A stretch of 64,000 nt of DNA from a virus: IMG/VR virus record IMGVR_UViG_2825807022_000004; one strand, written 5' to 3'. Below are positions 18,215 to 26,670 of this stretch, in pieces. The first letter of the stretch is position 1; each line of letters opens with the position of its first letter. A model generated the notes under the pieces. The model was not told where the DNA came from, did no database searches, and saw only the letters and a list, made by a program, of their open reading frames with translations. Position numbers and translations under genes: made by a program.

Positions 18215-18334
18215 TTATTTAGCAAATTTCTCAGCTTCTTCGCGAGTAGTGATGAAGCTTTCGCCAAGGCCAATCGCAATCAATATTCCTACGATATAGC
18301 CCGCCAGCTTACTGTTTAAAATCTTCTTGAACAT
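18215..18334 (-). CDS. 39-aa single-TM peptide MFKKILNSKLAGYIVGILIAIGLGESFITTREEAEKFAK
   Basis: Translated by hand; GGAGG RBS, TTTACA-16-TAGAAT upstream (18361-18388), terminator at ~18173-18198. Confidence 0.65.
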   Translation of the reverse strand: MFKKILNSKLAGYIVGILIAIGLGESFITTREEAEKFAK

Positions 18335-18474
18335 AAAACCTCCAATTTAGAGGAGTAATCATTCTATGCCCTTTTAATCATTTGTAAAATGTCGTGTATT
18401 CACCACATTCGTCTGGATACTGTTTCACAACGATTGGGTTAGCCAATCCAGTACCCATGCGAATATAGAAATGC

Positions 18475-18498
18475 AAAAAGCCCACTCGACGGTGGGCT
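18475..18498 (-). terminator. tR'-like terminator
   Basis: AGCCCAC-loop-GTGGGCT plus T-run downstream of pR'. Confidence 0.75.
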
Positions 18499-18535
18499 AT
18501 GGTAAGTGCTGAATGCAAAAACAGCAGCATATGTG

Positions 18536-18567
18536 ATAATAGTGGCTCATTGGCTCAATAATGTCAA
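18536..18567 (-). promoter_or_regulatory. Late promoter pR' with tandem TGAGC Q-binding repeats
   Basis: TTGACA TTATTGAGCCAATGAGC immediately after the Q stop. Confidence 0.75.
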
Positions 18568-18573
18568 CACGTT

Positions 18574-19062
18574 CTATGCAACTTTCTTTATTTTACCGAC
18601 ACGTTTGCGGCTAATGAAAGCATGTTGCATTGGTTGATATAACATCCATACCGCCGCAGCCAATATTTCATCCACTTCACGACGACACGTTGTCAGTGAC
18701 GGTTTTTTCATCCGATCCCCACCTCGTGTTGACATCTTGCGGGGTTTTGCAGTCGCGAAGTAGTACGATGCAATTGATCGTTTGGAAGCACCATGAGAGT
18801 AATAACTAATCAGCATCCCCAAGGCTTTTGTATCAATGTGCATAACGGAATCTACGACCTGAGAAATCAACATTCCGTCATCGTCATTGCACATCGGCCT
18901 TGATGGGCTTCCCTGCGGTTCTACTGTCGCCATGTACTGCGCTATAACGCTGCTCATGCGCTTCTCTAATCTTCCTGAGTAAACCCATGCGCCCCACAGT
19001 TCAAGCCAGCCATTAATCCAGTCATGCTGCTCTTTGGTTAGTTTTAACTGAGTTACATTCAC
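18574..19062 (-). CDS. Q: Late antiterminator Q (phage 21-type)
   Basis: 162 aa; LTKEQHDWINGWLELWGAWVYSGRLEKRMSSVIA, RPMCNDDDGMLISQVVDSVM. Confidence 0.93.
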   Translation of the reverse strand: MNVTQLKLTKEQHDWINGWLELWGAWVYSGRLEKRMSSVIAQYMATVEPQGSPSRPMCNDDDGMLISQVVDSVMHIDTKALGMLISYYSHGASKRSIASYYFATAKPRKMSTRGGDRMKKPSLTTCRREVDEILAAAVWMLYQPMQHAFISRKRVGKIKKVA

Positions 19063-19667
19063 GCTGCCTCCTGAGTTTCTTTAAGCCGCTTCAATTCCAG
19101 CCGGTAGTAATCACGAATGCCCTTTAACTCTTCAATGCTGTAACTGCTGCGTTCGTGGTTGTTTTCGATAGCCTCCACTGTCTCAATTCCAATGCGCTTA
19201 ATCAGCTCGACGCGGTACGGAACGATATTCCCGCTCTTGTGCTGATTGCATACTGAACATTGTTTATGGATTTGCCGGGGGTCGAATCTGAATTGAGGTG
19301 CTGCTGCGGTTGTTCTGTAGTGTCCAGCATCCCACTGTGCCGCTGAATGGGTACCACATGATACGCAGGGTAGGATTGAATCACGTGCTCTTACAAAGGC
19401 GTTGACGGCTTGCTGTGCCTGCTTAATCCAATACGTTTTGGGCTGGGCATTAATTCTTCTGACTTTTAGCTGCTTCCGATCCTCCTTTTCTTTCTCCCGC
19501 CTTCGCTGCTCTGCTTTCTTCAGTGCATCTTGGTGGGCATTTTGCGCTAGCTGCTTTATGTATTCCTCTTTGTGTTCCTCGTTGCACCACCACTCATAAA
19601 TCCTTTCCGGCTTGAATCTCGTTTTGCATACTTTGCAGTTACGATGGCTCGGTAGCTTGTTTATCAT
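19059..19667 (-). CDS. ninG: NinG/Rap endonuclease
   Basis: CVSCG, WDAGHYRT, IHKQCSVCNQHKSGN. Confidence 0.9.
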   Translation of the reverse strand: MINKLPSHRNCKVCKTRFKPERIYEWWCNEEHKEEYIKQLAQNAHQDALKKAEQRRREKEKEDRKQLKVRRINAQPKTYWIKQAQQAVNAFVRARDSILPCVSCGTHSAAQWDAGHYRTTAAAPQFRFDPRQIHKQCSVCNQHKSGNIVPYRVELIKRIGIETVEAIENNHERSSYSIEELKGIRDYYRLELKRLKETQEAA

Positions 19668-19776
19668 CGGCTTCCTCCTTCGCTGCTTTATCAATGCATT
19701 TCTGATGAGCGTAGGTTTCACCCTTGTTAAGCATCAGGAAGCAGAAGGTACATATTGATTGGGGGAGTTCAGGCAT
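19639..19776 (-). CDS. Small Cys-containing nin-region protein (NinF-like)
   Basis: MPELPQSICTFC...HQKC; homolog at 61364..61501. Confidence 0.55.
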   Translation of the reverse strand: MPELPQSICTFCFLMLNKGETYAHQKCIDKAAKEEADDKQATEPS

Positions 19777-20284
19777 GAATAACCTCCGGCTTTGGCAGTC
19801 CGTCATAAACTTCAGATAGGTGACCTCTGATTTGCATTCTTCGCAGTGCGCTATACATGAAATCGCATTCAGCCTGTTTGTTGGCTTTGAACGGCTTCGA
19901 TGCTGTAGAGCACCATAGAGCGTTACCGGGCCAGCCATGCACCTTGTAAACTCGTCCGTTCTTTACGTGCAATAACCCCCACCCTTGTGGTAGGTCAGCG
20001 GCGTTAATAATTCCCGGCTCACAGATAAAGAACCGCCAGTCGCCCATACCTAGCTCTGGATCAATACGAAAACGCTTTTTCTTGTCTGCCAAAAAATCAG
20101 AGCGGGAGCATTTCGCCTCAATCAAGCATGACGCCAGATTTCTAAACCCTATTGCATCGGGCTGCTCTCCAGTCGATACAGCGGCAACGAAGCGGTCATG
20201 AAATGCCACTTTGAAGCCGTTATTCCTGAGAAACTTTTCAGCTATCAGGCATAGCTCATCGTGAGTTAATGACTGTTCACTCAT
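19769..20284 (-). CDS. Putative PD-(D/E)XK nuclease (MmcB-like), only in prophage A
   Basis: QPDAIGF...LIEAKCSRSDF motif; absent at the equivalent site in B. Confidence 0.65.
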   Translation of the reverse strand: MSEQSLTHDELCLIAEKFLRNNGFKVAFHDRFVAAVSTGEQPDAIGFRNLASCLIEAKCSRSDFLADKKKRFRIDPELGMGDWRFFICEPGIINAADLPQGWGLLHVKNGRVYKVHGWPGNALWCSTASKPFKANKQAECDFMYSALRRMQIRGHLSEVYDGLPKPEVIHA

Positions 20285-20448
20285 CGCGCTCTCCTTACTC
20301 TGTCGAATTTGGCGCGCAGCAAAACGCATATGTGATCATATGTGGGTATTTCGCTGGCGGGGATTGGGGGTTTAGGCTTGGTTCGAGATGTCTTGCGGAA
20401 GATAAGATTGTCTAGGGCGAAAACTATGCTGCTTTGCCTTTGTCGCAT
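20281..20448 (-). CDS. ninE: NinE-like protein
   Basis: MRQRQSS...RTKPKPPIPASEIPTY. Confidence 0.65.
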   Translation of the reverse strand: MRQRQSSIVFALDNLIFRKTSRTKPKPPIPASEIPTYDHICVLLRAKFDRVRRAR

Positions 20449-20884
20449 GGTGTATTTCCCCACCGGTTAGCCCACTCGATTTCCAGCTTGGATGCATCGC
20501 TGAATATCACGCCCTGCTCAGTGCCGAAGCCTCGATAACCTCCACCATCTCACTCACTCGCATCTTGCTAGTACGCTGGCCGAACATCACCACCCCGCCG
20601 CCGATTCCTGGGGCTGTACGCTGATCCTGATTTTTGGCCTTAGCCACCATTGCGGTAATCAGATCTTTCCAGTCAGCTTCATCGTACTTTTCACCGAACC
20701 AGAGAACCTGTTTTGATAGGTCGTGCAAAAGTGGCCACATTTTCCGATTCTGGTCATTGCTGCGTTTCTTCTCCTGAATGAGAACCTCAATCGGCTTTTT
20801 CTCATCAAGCGGCATATTGCGGATCGCTGCTATAGCGTTGTCACGTACCTGGGTATTTCGGAGTAGATAGGTATGCTTTGTCAT
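20424..20884 (-). pseudogene. ninB: NinB, frameshifted by a 10-bp deletion near 20528
   Basis: Lacks CCAGTAGATA (plus strand) present in intact 61641..62111. Confidence 0.8.
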
Positions 20885-21306
20885 AGTGGACTCTCCGGAG
20901 CGGCGTCTAGCATATTTGCATAACGCTCTAGCATGCTTTCAAAACTTCTAGTCAATCCGAGCAGTGTGAGCATTGCTAAAGTTGGCTCAATCGGCACCAA
21001 TTTCCAACCTTCCGGTATCTCCTGAGATTTAAACTGTGGGGTGGTGTAGACGATGCGGCGTCTGGTGTGGTCGTATTGGTTATAAAATCCCTTATCGCAG
21101 TCATCCCAAACCCACTCAATGCCGTCGAACTGGTCGTTACATATCCCTGACTGATACTGATAAATCGGTTCAGCCCTCTTTGCAGCTAACGCGATTCGGG
21201 CTAGCGCCTTTAGCTCTCTAGATGGAAGCTTTACGAATGACCATGTTTCAGCATCACCAATCAAACCTTCCAGTCTCTCTACTGTGAATTGCTCTAGTTC
21301 TTTCAT
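20881..21306 (-). CDS. Ea/Eaa-type accessory protein
   Basis: FTVERLE...LARIALAAKRAEP shared with 62108..62578. Confidence 0.6.
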   Translation of the reverse strand: MKELEQFTVERLEGLIGDAETWSFVKLPSRELKALARIALAAKRAEPIYQYQSGICNDQFDGIEWVWDDCDKGFYNQYDHTRRRIVYTTPQFKSQEIPEGWKLVPIEPTLAMLTLLGLTRSFESMLERYANMLDAAPESPL

Positions 21307-21665
21307 GGCTTATCACCCTCTCTGCTGGCTTCTAGTTGCTCAATAAACCACGCGCTTTCCTTGCGATTTTTTTCCTTAAGTTCAGATATTTCCTGCCTAA
21401 GCTCATGTTGCGATTCAGATTTTGCGCTGATTAATTGCTTGCTATCCCATAAATCTATTTCAAGTCGCTTTACTTTATCTCGCAGCAGCCCCGCGATTTC
21501 ATGCTGATACCGACCAAACTCCAGATCACCTATCAGCAACAGCACATTCTCAGGTGATGCCTCGTCTTGCCATTTGTCTGATGTGTCGCTTGACTCACGA
21601 AGCATGATTTCTTCGTGTGCTGCGGCTTTAAGGTCGGTGATTAGTGCTTCGATTGATTTGCTCAT
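21303..21665 (-). CDS. Ead/Ea22-like protein
   Basis: LKAAA...ASPENVLLLI followed by coiled coil. Confidence 0.55.
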   Translation of the reverse strand: MSKSIEALITDLKAAAHEEIMLRESSDTSDKWQDEASPENVLLLIGDLEFGRYQHEIAGLLRDKVKRLEIDLWDSKQLISAKSESQHELRQEISELKEKNRKESAWFIEQLEASREGDKP

Positions 21666-21937
21666 TCACTCTCTCCCTTGATTCGAATGCCGGCAGCGCG
21701 GATTTCCATGTATACACCTTCAGCATATTTGGTGATGTATTCGTAGTCGCGCGGATCAGGTAAGTCCAAAACGATGCTTTCACGGCTGGCTTTCCAGCCC
21801 TTCCAAAAATCAAGATATGAGTTAGCCGTCCAAGCACCGTAGCTGGTTACTGCATATCCCGATCCACATCTGATCACGTGCTTTGGCATCTTGAATTTTT
21901 CTTCAAACTCTTCCCGCGATTTAGTTATGTCCATCAT
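21662..21937 (-). CDS. Hypothetical phage protein
   Basis: Coupled to P; ends IRAAGIRIKGESE like 62781..63089. Confidence 0.65.
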   Translation of the reverse strand: MMDITKSREEFEEKFKMPKHVIRCGSGYAVTSYGAWTANSYLDFWKGWKASRESIVLDLPDPRDYEYITKYAEGVYMEIRAAGIRIKGESE

Positions 21938-22644
21938 CGGTCACCACCCTTAAGCCCATGCTTGGCGCGGATTTCAGCTATTTTTGACAGCGCGCGGTCA
22001 CCACCCAGCGGATCACGAACTTGCAGCACCGGCAGCCTTGCTTGTGGCTTTGGAATGCTTTCGCCAGATTCGATACGCTTAGCCATTGCCTGAAGCTCTT
22101 TCCGGCCAGCCTTACCCAGATCCGGCTCGCTCCAGTTTCCGTTACGCATACCGTCGTAGAGCGACGTCACCATCCAGTAAGCTGCGTTACTTACCCAGGG
22201 ATAATCTTCGGCAGTGACATAACCGCCGCGGCGTTTCCCGTAGGTAACCACCATCAGGTAAAGCTCATCCTCGTCAGGAAGCCCAGCAATACGCAACGCC
22301 CCCTCCTTGCACCAAGCGATGAATTGCCCAGGTGACGGCAGGAACGGGGACGCGCTAGCTCTGGCGCGTTGCATACCAGCGGAAACCTGTTCGCGTGACC
22401 GTATCCCCCCTTCGGCAAAAGCAGCGATCCACTGTTTTTTTGCTGCTGACTCGTCTGATTCGCTTTTCAGGTTGGTCTGGCCTGCAGCGGGGAATACCTG
22501 CTTGAGCTGCCGGAAAAGAGCATCAACAAGCTTTTCAGCTTCAGGATTTACAATGCTCTGCACGTTCGTTGGCGGGTTGCCACTCATCGCCACCAGTGTC
22601 GAGCTGTCACGGTTAGCGATGGCGGTCATCAATCTGGTGCTCAT
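21934..22644 (-). CDS. P: Replication protein P (lambda P family helicase loader)
   Basis: LFRQLKQVFPA, WIAAFAEGGI, PFLPSPGQFIAWCK. Confidence 0.88.
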   Translation of the reverse strand: MSTRLMTAIANRDSSTLVAMSGNPPTNVQSIVNPEAEKLVDALFRQLKQVFPAAGQTNLKSESDESAAKKQWIAAFAEGGIRSREQVSAGMQRARASASPFLPSPGQFIAWCKEGALRIAGLPDEDELYLMVVTYGKRRGGYVTAEDYPWVSNAAYWMVTSLYDGMRNGNWSEPDLGKAGRKELQAMAKRIESGESIPKPQARLPVLQVRDPLGGDRALSKIAEIRAKHGLKGGDR

Positions 22645-23486
22645 ATGAACTCCTCCCATGACTCAGGGCTATTCCAGTGCGGCCGATCGCTGATCACTGG
22701 GGTTGGCTTGCTGATCGGATACTTCGGCTTGAACAGGCCTTGGTAGCTGTTGGCTATGCTGGCGTCGATGACTGATGATGGATCATGCCCCTCGTCAAAA
22801 CATTCTTTCAGGAGGTTGAACGCTTTGGTAACGGTGAGCATCGACTTGATTGGTTTCTTCGATTGTGACCGGTAGCCAACCCACTCACTCCAGGATTGTT
22901 TGCTTAGCCACTCAGGGATTTCAACCTCAAGAGGATCGAACCCTTTAACTTTCCCCTTTGGGGGATTAAGGGGGTTAGTATTTATATTGTCTTTGGTAAG
23001 ACTGTTTAGGGTGTCGGGTGGTTTCGCCCAATCTGAAACCTTTTTTTGCCCGTTATTATGGGTGGTTTCGCCCAACTTTTTGGGTGGTATTTTTGCGGTG
23101 TTTTTTGGTTGCTTATTGAGCGCCCACTGTTCCAAGTTGACGTTGACGCTAACTAACTTGAAACCACCAACTTTCCTGAGATTGATGATTCTTCTTTCTG
23201 CTAAAACCTTAAGTGCATCAGCCACATCTGAATCGTCCAAATCTGTCATGTCGGCGATATATGTGTTGGTGATCTTGTCCTCAGACTTGTTCCATCCGAA
23301 TGTGCAATAAATAACAGCGTCAAATACCTGATGCTCTCTCCCTGCTAATTTTAGCTTTGGCTTAAGCTTTCCGATGCTAGTAGCCACTCTGAAATAGCCC
23401 TCATCCAAGGTGGCCACATGACCTCCCGATTGATCTGTTTGGATTTGATTGCGTTGGAAGTCAACGCGCCTAACGACATTGCTCAT
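22641..23486 (-). CDS. O: Replication initiator O
   Basis: VATLDEGYFRVA N-terminal domain; internal iterons; between cII and P. Confidence 0.88.
   Translation of the reverse strand: MSNVVRRVDFQRNQIQTDQSGGHVATLDEGYFRVATSIGKLKPKLKLAGREHQVFDAVIYCTFGWNKSEDKITNTYIADMTDLDDSDVADALKVLAERRIINLRKVGGFKLVSVNVNLEQWALNKQPKNTAKIPPKKLGETTHNNGQKKVSDWAKPPDTLNSLTKDNINTNPLNPPKGKVKGFDPLEVEIPEWLSKQSWSEWVGYRSQSKKPIKSMLTVTKAFNLLKECFDEGHDPSSVIDASIANSYQGLFKPKYPISKPTPVISDRPHWNSPESWEEFI
23016..23100. repeat. Replication origin iterons within O
   Basis: GGGTGGTTTCGCCCAA at 23016 and 23060, partial copy at 23082. Confidence 0.7.
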
Positions 23487-23540
23487 TTGGCCTCCATGCA
23501 ATCTGAATAATCACTGTTTACTGATCCAGTAGTTTGCATA

Positions 23541-23610
23541 TATAATTACCTCAGAAGTTAAGTGTTATTTGCTCTGCTGAATCCCTGGTTGCCGCCGGGG
23601 GTTTTTGTTT
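23541..23610 (+). ncRNA. OOP-like antisense RNA to the cII 3' end
   Basis: TATAAT at 23541-23546 then terminator CCCTGG-loop-CCGGGG + T-run at 23583-23610, antisense to cII. Confidence 0.65.
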
Positions 23611-23847
23611 TGCAAGCAACAAAGCCACCGACTTGGCCAGCCTTGCCATCTCGTCATCGACTACTCCCCATTCCAAAACAGCCAGAAGCATCGATATCTT
23701 CGGAATGAAGCTTTCTTTCCAGCGTGATATCTGTGACTTATCCACGCCTACAGCGTCAGCAATGTCAGTGACGCCTCGTAATGCAATCTTGTTCAGTAGT
23801 TGGCTCTCAATGATTCGAGCCTTGTTGCGTGTGCTTGCACGTTCCAT
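23551..23847 (-). CDS. cII: CII transcriptional activator
   Basis: IESQLLNKIALRG..IADAVGVDKSQISRWK..IPKISMLLAVLEWGV. Confidence 0.92.
   Translation of the reverse strand: MERASTRNKARIIESQLLNKIALRGVTDIADAVGVDKSQISRWKESFIPKISMLLAVLEWGVVDDEMARLAKSVALLLAKQKPPAATRDSAEQITLNF
23825..23838 (+). promoter_or_regulatory. CII box of pRE
   Basis: TTGC-GTGTGC-TTGC at the cII 5' end facing cI. Confidence 0.75.
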
Positions 23848-23915
23848 GCGTAATACTTCCCTTGTGGTTTAGATGTTGTTACGTGACAAAGCTGTGAGCC
23901 TGTCACTTTGGTGTT

Positions 23916-23958
23916 CACCCGCATTGCGGCGGGGTGAGGTCAGTGGTGTTAAAGAGCG
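23916..23958 (-). promoter_or_regulatory. nutR (boxA + boxB)
   Basis: CGCTCTTTAACA followed by a hairpin between cro and cII. Confidence 0.85.
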
Positions 23959-23964
23959 GTGGTT

Positions 23965-24192
23965 CTATGCGGCGTCGTTCACAGATTTCATATATCGCTG
24001 CGGGTAGAGAATTTGCATTTCTGTAACCTTACCCTCGTAAAACCGAGAGAGCTTTTCTGCCATTTCAAGAGAGGTAATTTGAGTGCCCCTTTCAATACGG
24101 CTGAGGTTTCCAACGTCACACTGAACAGCCAAGGCAACTTCAGTAATGGTTAAGTTTTTCTCTACACGCATTCTTCTTAGTGGTGTTTGCAT
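23965..24192 (-). CDS. cro: Cro-like repressor
   Basis: 75 aa HTH divergent from cI. Confidence 0.85.
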   Translation of the reverse strand: MQTPLRRMRVEKNLTITEVALAVQCDVGNLSRIERGTQITSLEMAEKLSRFYEGKVTEMQILYPQRYMKSVNDAA

Positions 24193-24208
24193 ATTTTACC
24201 CCATTTAA

Positions 24209-24271
24209 ATGCGCTATACGCATATTATGCCATAAGCAAAGTATGCGCAAGACGCTTTGCGAGAAACGCAA
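24209..24271. promoter_or_regulatory. oR operators and pR
   Basis: TGCG-N5-CGC(A) palindromes at 24209, 24243, 24257; pR TTGCGC-17-TAATAT on minus strand. Confidence 0.75.
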
Positions 24272-24291
24272 AAAAGAGATTCAATACAGTT

Positions 24292-24969
24292 ATGAAAATA
24301 GGACCGCGCATACGAAATCTTCGCAAAGCTGCGAAAATGACAATTCTTGAGTTGGCCACTGCCATCGGAAGCGATGTGGGAAATATTTCTCGTCTTGAAA
24401 CCGGGAAGCAGGGATATACAGAGGCAACAATCACTAAGATCGCTGAAGCGTTAGGGGTTGAAGTGGCTGATTTATTTACTGATAAAGATATTGAGGGAAA
24501 AGGGAAAATCCGCCATTCAAGATGGAATGACTCATATGTTATTGAGTGCTTGGATGTTTCTGTAAGTGCTGGTCCAGGCGCGATAAATAATCAGGAGTTT
24601 GTAGAAGTAATAAGATCGATTGAATATTCGCCAGAGGAAGCAAGAAGGCTTTTTGGTAATAGACCTGCCGCTAACGTGAAAATGATTAATGTTCGCGGGG
24701 ATAGCATGTCTGGAACAATCGAGCCAGGGGACCTTATCTTTGTTGATGTTAGCGTTCAGTATTTTGATGGCGATGGCATCTATGCATTCCTTTATGACGA
24801 CACGGCCCACGTAAAAAGGCTTCAGAAAATGAAATCGCAGCTATTGGTGTTATCGGACAGCGATAGATACCGAACGTGGGATCCTATAGAAAATGAAGAA
24901 ATGAATCGCATGCTTATTTACGGGAAAGTGATTGGTAGCGTCCCGCAATCATATCGACGTCACGGATAA
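24292..24969 (+). CDS. cI: CI repressor (HTH + S24 peptidase)
   Basis: HTH N-terminus; SAGPG cleavage site, GDSM and VKRL catalytic motifs. Confidence 0.93.
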   Translation: MKIGPRIRNLRKAAKMTILELATAIGSDVGNISRLETGKQGYTEATITKIAEALGVEVADLFTDKDIEGKGKIRHSRWNDSYVIECLDVSVSAGPGAINNQEFVEVIRSIEYSPEEARRLFGNRPAANVKMINVRGDSMSGTIEPGDLIFVDVSVQYFDGDGIYAFLYDDTAHVKRLQKMKSQLLVLSDSDRYRTWDPIENEEMNRMLIYGKVIGSVPQSYRRHG

Positions 24970-25117
24970 CTAAAACTAATACCCTAACCCACTGCTAACC
25001 CTACCAATTCCGGGCGCGCCAGCACATAAACAAGACGACCGTTAGGTTAGTAATCGAAGCAACTAATGCGACAGTGGAAAGAATATCAGAACCAGAGAAA
25101 GACATAGGGATATCTCC

Positions 25118-25558
25118 ATGACATACAGTGATGTCGTTGCAACTATTGCAATGATTGTATCAGTAGTTGCATTACCTGCAACGTACTATTTTGGCTATAA
25201 AGCTGCCGCGAGGAACGATAAGCGCAAGGAATGGAATGCAGTTGCGGAGCCAATCATTGAATATCTTGAAGGCCACCTGTCCTCTCTGAATCGTAAGAGG
25301 TGCCCTCCTGATAATAATCTCAATAAATTGCCTCGGAAGAGTTGGGACTCAGTATTAAGGCGAAGCACAAAGACTAAGGCCGCGAACCTTGATCGCTCGC
25401 TTGCAGACTACGTAAGTATTTTGGCTGAAATAGATAAGTCCCCGGCCCCTGCACTGTACTTTGGGCAATCAACAGATGAAATCGAAGAATGGGTGGATAA
25501 GTACCCTGAAGCGATTGTGAATGTTGAAAAATTGATAGTTTTGTTATCACTAAGATAA
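25118..25558 (+). CDS. Hypothetical N-terminally membrane-anchored protein at the rex/imm locus
   Basis: VVATIAMIVSVVALPATYYFGY; downstream of cI; flanked by an 18-bp imperfect direct repeat. Confidence 0.75.
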   Translation: MTYSDVVATIAMIVSVVALPATYYFGYKAAARNDKRKEWNAVAEPIIEYLEGHLSSLNRKRCPPDNNLNKLPRKSWDSVLRRSTKTKAANLDRSLADYVSILAEIDKSPAPALYFGQSTDEIEEWVDKYPEAIVNVEKLIVLLSLR

Positions 25559-25881
25559 CCTAGCCCACTGCTAGCCTGTAGAGGGGTGGGTGGATAGTAA
25601 AAATTATACTTTTCGATTACTAACCACCCCAAAATATGGAAATATCACTGATAGCACCTATACAACGTGTTAATGTGTACTAAGATTAATCAACGAAATA
25701 AATTTTAAGTAAAGGTTATAGGACTCTTGCCGATATGGTGTTTATTGGATATACATATAGACCTAATTAAGCAAGGGACGCTTTATGAATCATTTTGGTT
25801 GCTAAACGTACCTTCCTGTATAAATAAAGCTCAGATCTATTGAAATCTGGGTTGAATGACACAATAAAAGGAGTATGATTA

Positions 25882-26229
25882 GTGACCCATGATTTTAGTG
25901 ATTGCGCGAAGGTTTCAGGTGCTGAAGCATCTTTGCAGGAAAGACAAATCTATACGGTGCAATTAGGCGTTAAATCGCTAATTGACTTTGTTGTTACAAG
26001 CTTTGAATTGCTTGGAATCGATAAGTTTCATGAGTTAGTAGACCCATCTTTGGGTGACATCGAAGCTATAATTATTAAGTTAGATGCAAAGGCTAAGCAG
26101 ATTGGTGATATTGATCTGCAGCAGATACTGCTCAGTGCACAAATCATGATAAAAAATATTAAAGAAAAGAATCCTGAACTTTGTGAGCAAGGGTCTAAAT
26201 TCCTTAAAAATGCCATGGTGTTCAAGTAG
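25882..26229 (+). CDS. Hypothetical protein in immunity region
   Basis: 115 aa AT-rich ORF with AAGGAG RBS. Confidence 0.65.
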   Translation: MTHDFSDCAKVSGAEASLQERQIYTVQLGVKSLIDFVVTSFELLGIDKFHELVDPSLGDIEAIIIKLDAKAKQIGDIDLQQILLSAQIMIKNIKEKNPELCEQGSKFLKNAMVFK

Positions 26230-26255
26230 TTATTGCCGCCCACGAGGAGATTACT

Positions 26256-26381
26256 ATGACTAACAAACAGAAATGCATTAGTGAAATGCTGCAACTCACC
26301 AAGCAACTTAATGCTATCGTTGCATCGCTGCATGCAAAAAGAGATCAGATGCTGGAAGAAATGACGCAAAAAGCTGCGTAA
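26256..26381 (+). CDS. Hypothetical 41-aa helical peptide
   Basis: Translated by hand: MTNKQKCISEMLQLTKQL...; GAGGAG RBS; terminator follows. Confidence 0.55.
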   Translation: MTNKQKCISEMLQLTKQLNAIVASLHAKRDQMLEEMTQKAA

Positions 26382-26398
26382 ATTCTGGTAAAGTTCTC

Positions 26399-26428
26399 AA
26401 AACCCGGCCCCGCTGCCGGGTTTTTTGT
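26399..26428 (+). terminator. tIMM-like terminator
   Basis: AAAACCCGGC-loop-GCCGGGTTTTTT. Confidence 0.8.
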
Positions 26429-26590
26429 GCCTGTAATCTGACAATCTCACCACCCTACCCGCATTAAACACTACTCACCTCACACTTTTCACACCTGATA
26501 GCCGGTGAGAAGGGTCACGTCTGAATTTTTTTAAAATAAATATGCTTAACGTTCAAATAGATAGCGGATATGCAAAGAATACTCGTTAAT

Positions 26591-26625
26591 ATGCGTTTGA
26601 CGCATTTGCGCAATGCGCATATATT
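26591..26625 (+). promoter_or_regulatory. oL operators and pL
   Basis: ATGCGTTTGACGCAT and TTGCGCAATGCGCAT overlapping TTGACG-17-TATATT. Confidence 0.8.
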
Positions 26626-26670
26626 AATTCCATCAACACGGCAGGACGCCGAATCAGTACGACAGGAAGT

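Larger units (their letters stand above)
1113..19736. repeat. ~18.6 kb direct repeat, copy 1 (copy 2 at 44064-61461)
   Basis: Constant offsets of 42951, 41714 (after IS) and 41725 (after indel cluster); most proteins identical, a few substitutions mainly in the sheath. Confidence 0.97.

Noticed and set aside
18040-18540. tRNA genes downstream of Q, as in some lambdoid phages
   Set aside because: Hairpins are present but I found no cloverleaf, T-loop GTTCGA or CCA end
18738-18755. paQ-like CII box inside Q
   Set aside because: The TTGC repeats are 7 nt apart rather than 6; not supportable
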